Source of the DNA: Malacoraja senta
Taxonomy: Eukaryota
DNA length: 64,000 nucleotides
NCBI GenBank assembly: GCA_038087875.1
Contig: CM075988.1
Coordinates: 2,418,001 to 2,482,000 of the forward strand
Direction: 5' to 3'
Shown: positions 62,440 through 64,000 of the stretch, piece by piece
Position numbering within the stretch: position 1 is the first letter of the stretch
How the letters are laid out: every line of letters starts with the position of its first letter
Translations under genes and position numbers: made by a program
The notes under the pieces: generated by a model
What the model saw: the letters and a program-made list of their open reading frames with translations, nothing else
Databases searched by the model: none
Told to the model about the DNA's origin: nothing

Positions 62440-63245
62440 GTAAAGTAAAGTAAAGTATCCTTTATTGTCATTCAGACATTTCAGTCTGAACGAAATTGTA
62501 TACCTTGCAGTCATAACATAGAATAAAATAACAAAATACACACTTAACACAGTTGAACATCCACCACAGTGAGATTACCTGGCACCTCCTCACTGTAATG
62601 GAAGGCAAAAGTCTCAAAGTCCTTATCTCTTCCTTCCTTGTTCTCCCTCTGCGTTGAGGCGAACCAGGCTTCCGATGTTGGGACCCCGCCGGGTGATGGT
62701 AAGTCCAGCGGCCGCATCCGAGCTCCGCGAACGGGCTGGTTCAAACTCCGCGGCCCGGGGCGGTCGAAGCTGCCACCCTCCAGTCCAGCGGACGAAGCTG
62801 TCGTTGCGGGAGCTCCGGAGAACCGGTCACCAACCTGGGACCTGCGAGCTCCCGACGATGTCGTCCACTGGGCCCGCGGCCGAGCCTCCGAGGCTCCGAA
62901 GTCGGGTCGCCGCCGCAGCAACGCCACCACAGCCCCGAAGTCGGCCAGCCTCGCGTTGGAAAGTCCTGGCTCTGCCTCCGGAGCCTCGAGGTCGGTCCTA
63001 GTTGGAGGCTGCCAGCTCCGCCATTAGGCCTCAGCGCAGACGGAGACGGTGACGGGGGATACGACAAGAAAAGGCCGCATCCCCCCGAAGGAGGAGACTA
63101 AAAACAGTTTCTCTCACCCCCCCACACATACACAACTAAAATAAACGAAATAAACTAAACAACAGGACAAATGAAAACAAAAATAGAAAAGACAGACGGA
63201 CTGCAGGTGAGCCGCAGCTGCTTGGGCAGCGCCACCACTTCCGGA
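62440..63245 (-). mobile_element. Full-length internally deleted LINE derivative (copy E)
   Basis: 5' CCGGAAGTGGTGGCGCTG...CTGCAGTCCGTCTG, hairpin at 62560-62602, CAATAAA and (TACTT)n tail. Confidence 0.75.
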
Positions 63246-64000
63246 ATGACATGACCACTGGGGCAATAGGTAGTCTTGGGGACTGGTGGCTGTGGATAGA
63301 GCTTGCACGAGTAGGTACAATTCATATGAGGAAACAGTAATCGGACAGTCACTATGAATCGCTTCACAGAATTGCGGAGCTCCCGTTCAAAAGGTTCAAA
63401 GCCAATGGTGCCGGGTATGTGGTGTCGGCTGCTGCTGAATTTGTTGACCTTAAGCAGTATCCCCTAACTACATGTGATGCATCAGTCTGCAACCCCCAGA
63501 TACCTGTTCACAGTAAACAAGTCAATGAAAGAGTGGAGCATGATGAGTCATGAGCCAAATAAACTGTCTCTTCCACAATCTCTAAGTGAGCAGAGGGAGG
63601 ATGAGACAGAAGTCTGACTGCCTGGTAAGAGGAGGAGTTGAGGTGTTGAACATCAAGCAGCATACGTCAGGACTCTGTTTTATGGTAAAGGTGCAATTGC
63701 ATCTCGGGTGCATAGAGGTGAAGATTCATACTCCTCCCAAAGTTCTCTGTGAGGTTCCATATGCTGCAAGATAAACTGCAAGATGAAGTTGTACTTGAAA
63801 CCCACTGCGAGCAGCAGCTGAACGTTTAGGCAAAGGGGTTAAAGTAAGGACCACATTTAATTTCAATATTCCGTGATTTTGATTGCCAAATATTGGCTCT
63901 TGTTCTTTTAATTTGAGTCCATTTAATTCCAGGATTACTTTCACACCTGCCAGTGTCTTTTATAAACCACCTGAATTTTAGGTTTCATACCATGATGTTG

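Overview
Vertebrate genomic DNA made almost entirely of nested transposable elements. The repeat families (HER1-like CR1 LINEs sharing 3' tails with HE1/V-SINE-like SINEs, Deu-domain SINE relics, abundant Penelope GIY-YIG fragments) point to a cartilaginous fish, probably a skate or ray; this is inference. I find no intact host protein-coding gene. Main contents: two IR/DR Tc1 copies; a Passport-like Tc1 interrupted by a near-complete CR1 ORF2; a degraded class I (epsilon-like) endogenous retrovirus pol/env relic; hAT-like and PIF/Harbinger-like MITEs; two non-autonomous Helitrons; and two 200-N assembly gaps. Best leads: (1) recurrent minimal hammerhead-ribozyme cores in Penelope-derived short elements; (2) a TDP2 exon-1-like (UBA-like domain) fragment between hAT-type inverted termini, suggesting gene capture; (3) six internally deleted Rex/Babar-like LINE derivatives whose deletion junction is a conserved hairpin, including one copy that looks like an intermediate; (4) a minus-strand ORF at the left edge, missing from the ORF track, that extends further once an L1 insertion is removed and resembles BEL/Pao gag. 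Family names come from motif recognition, not database searches. Boundaries of old fragments are approximate.
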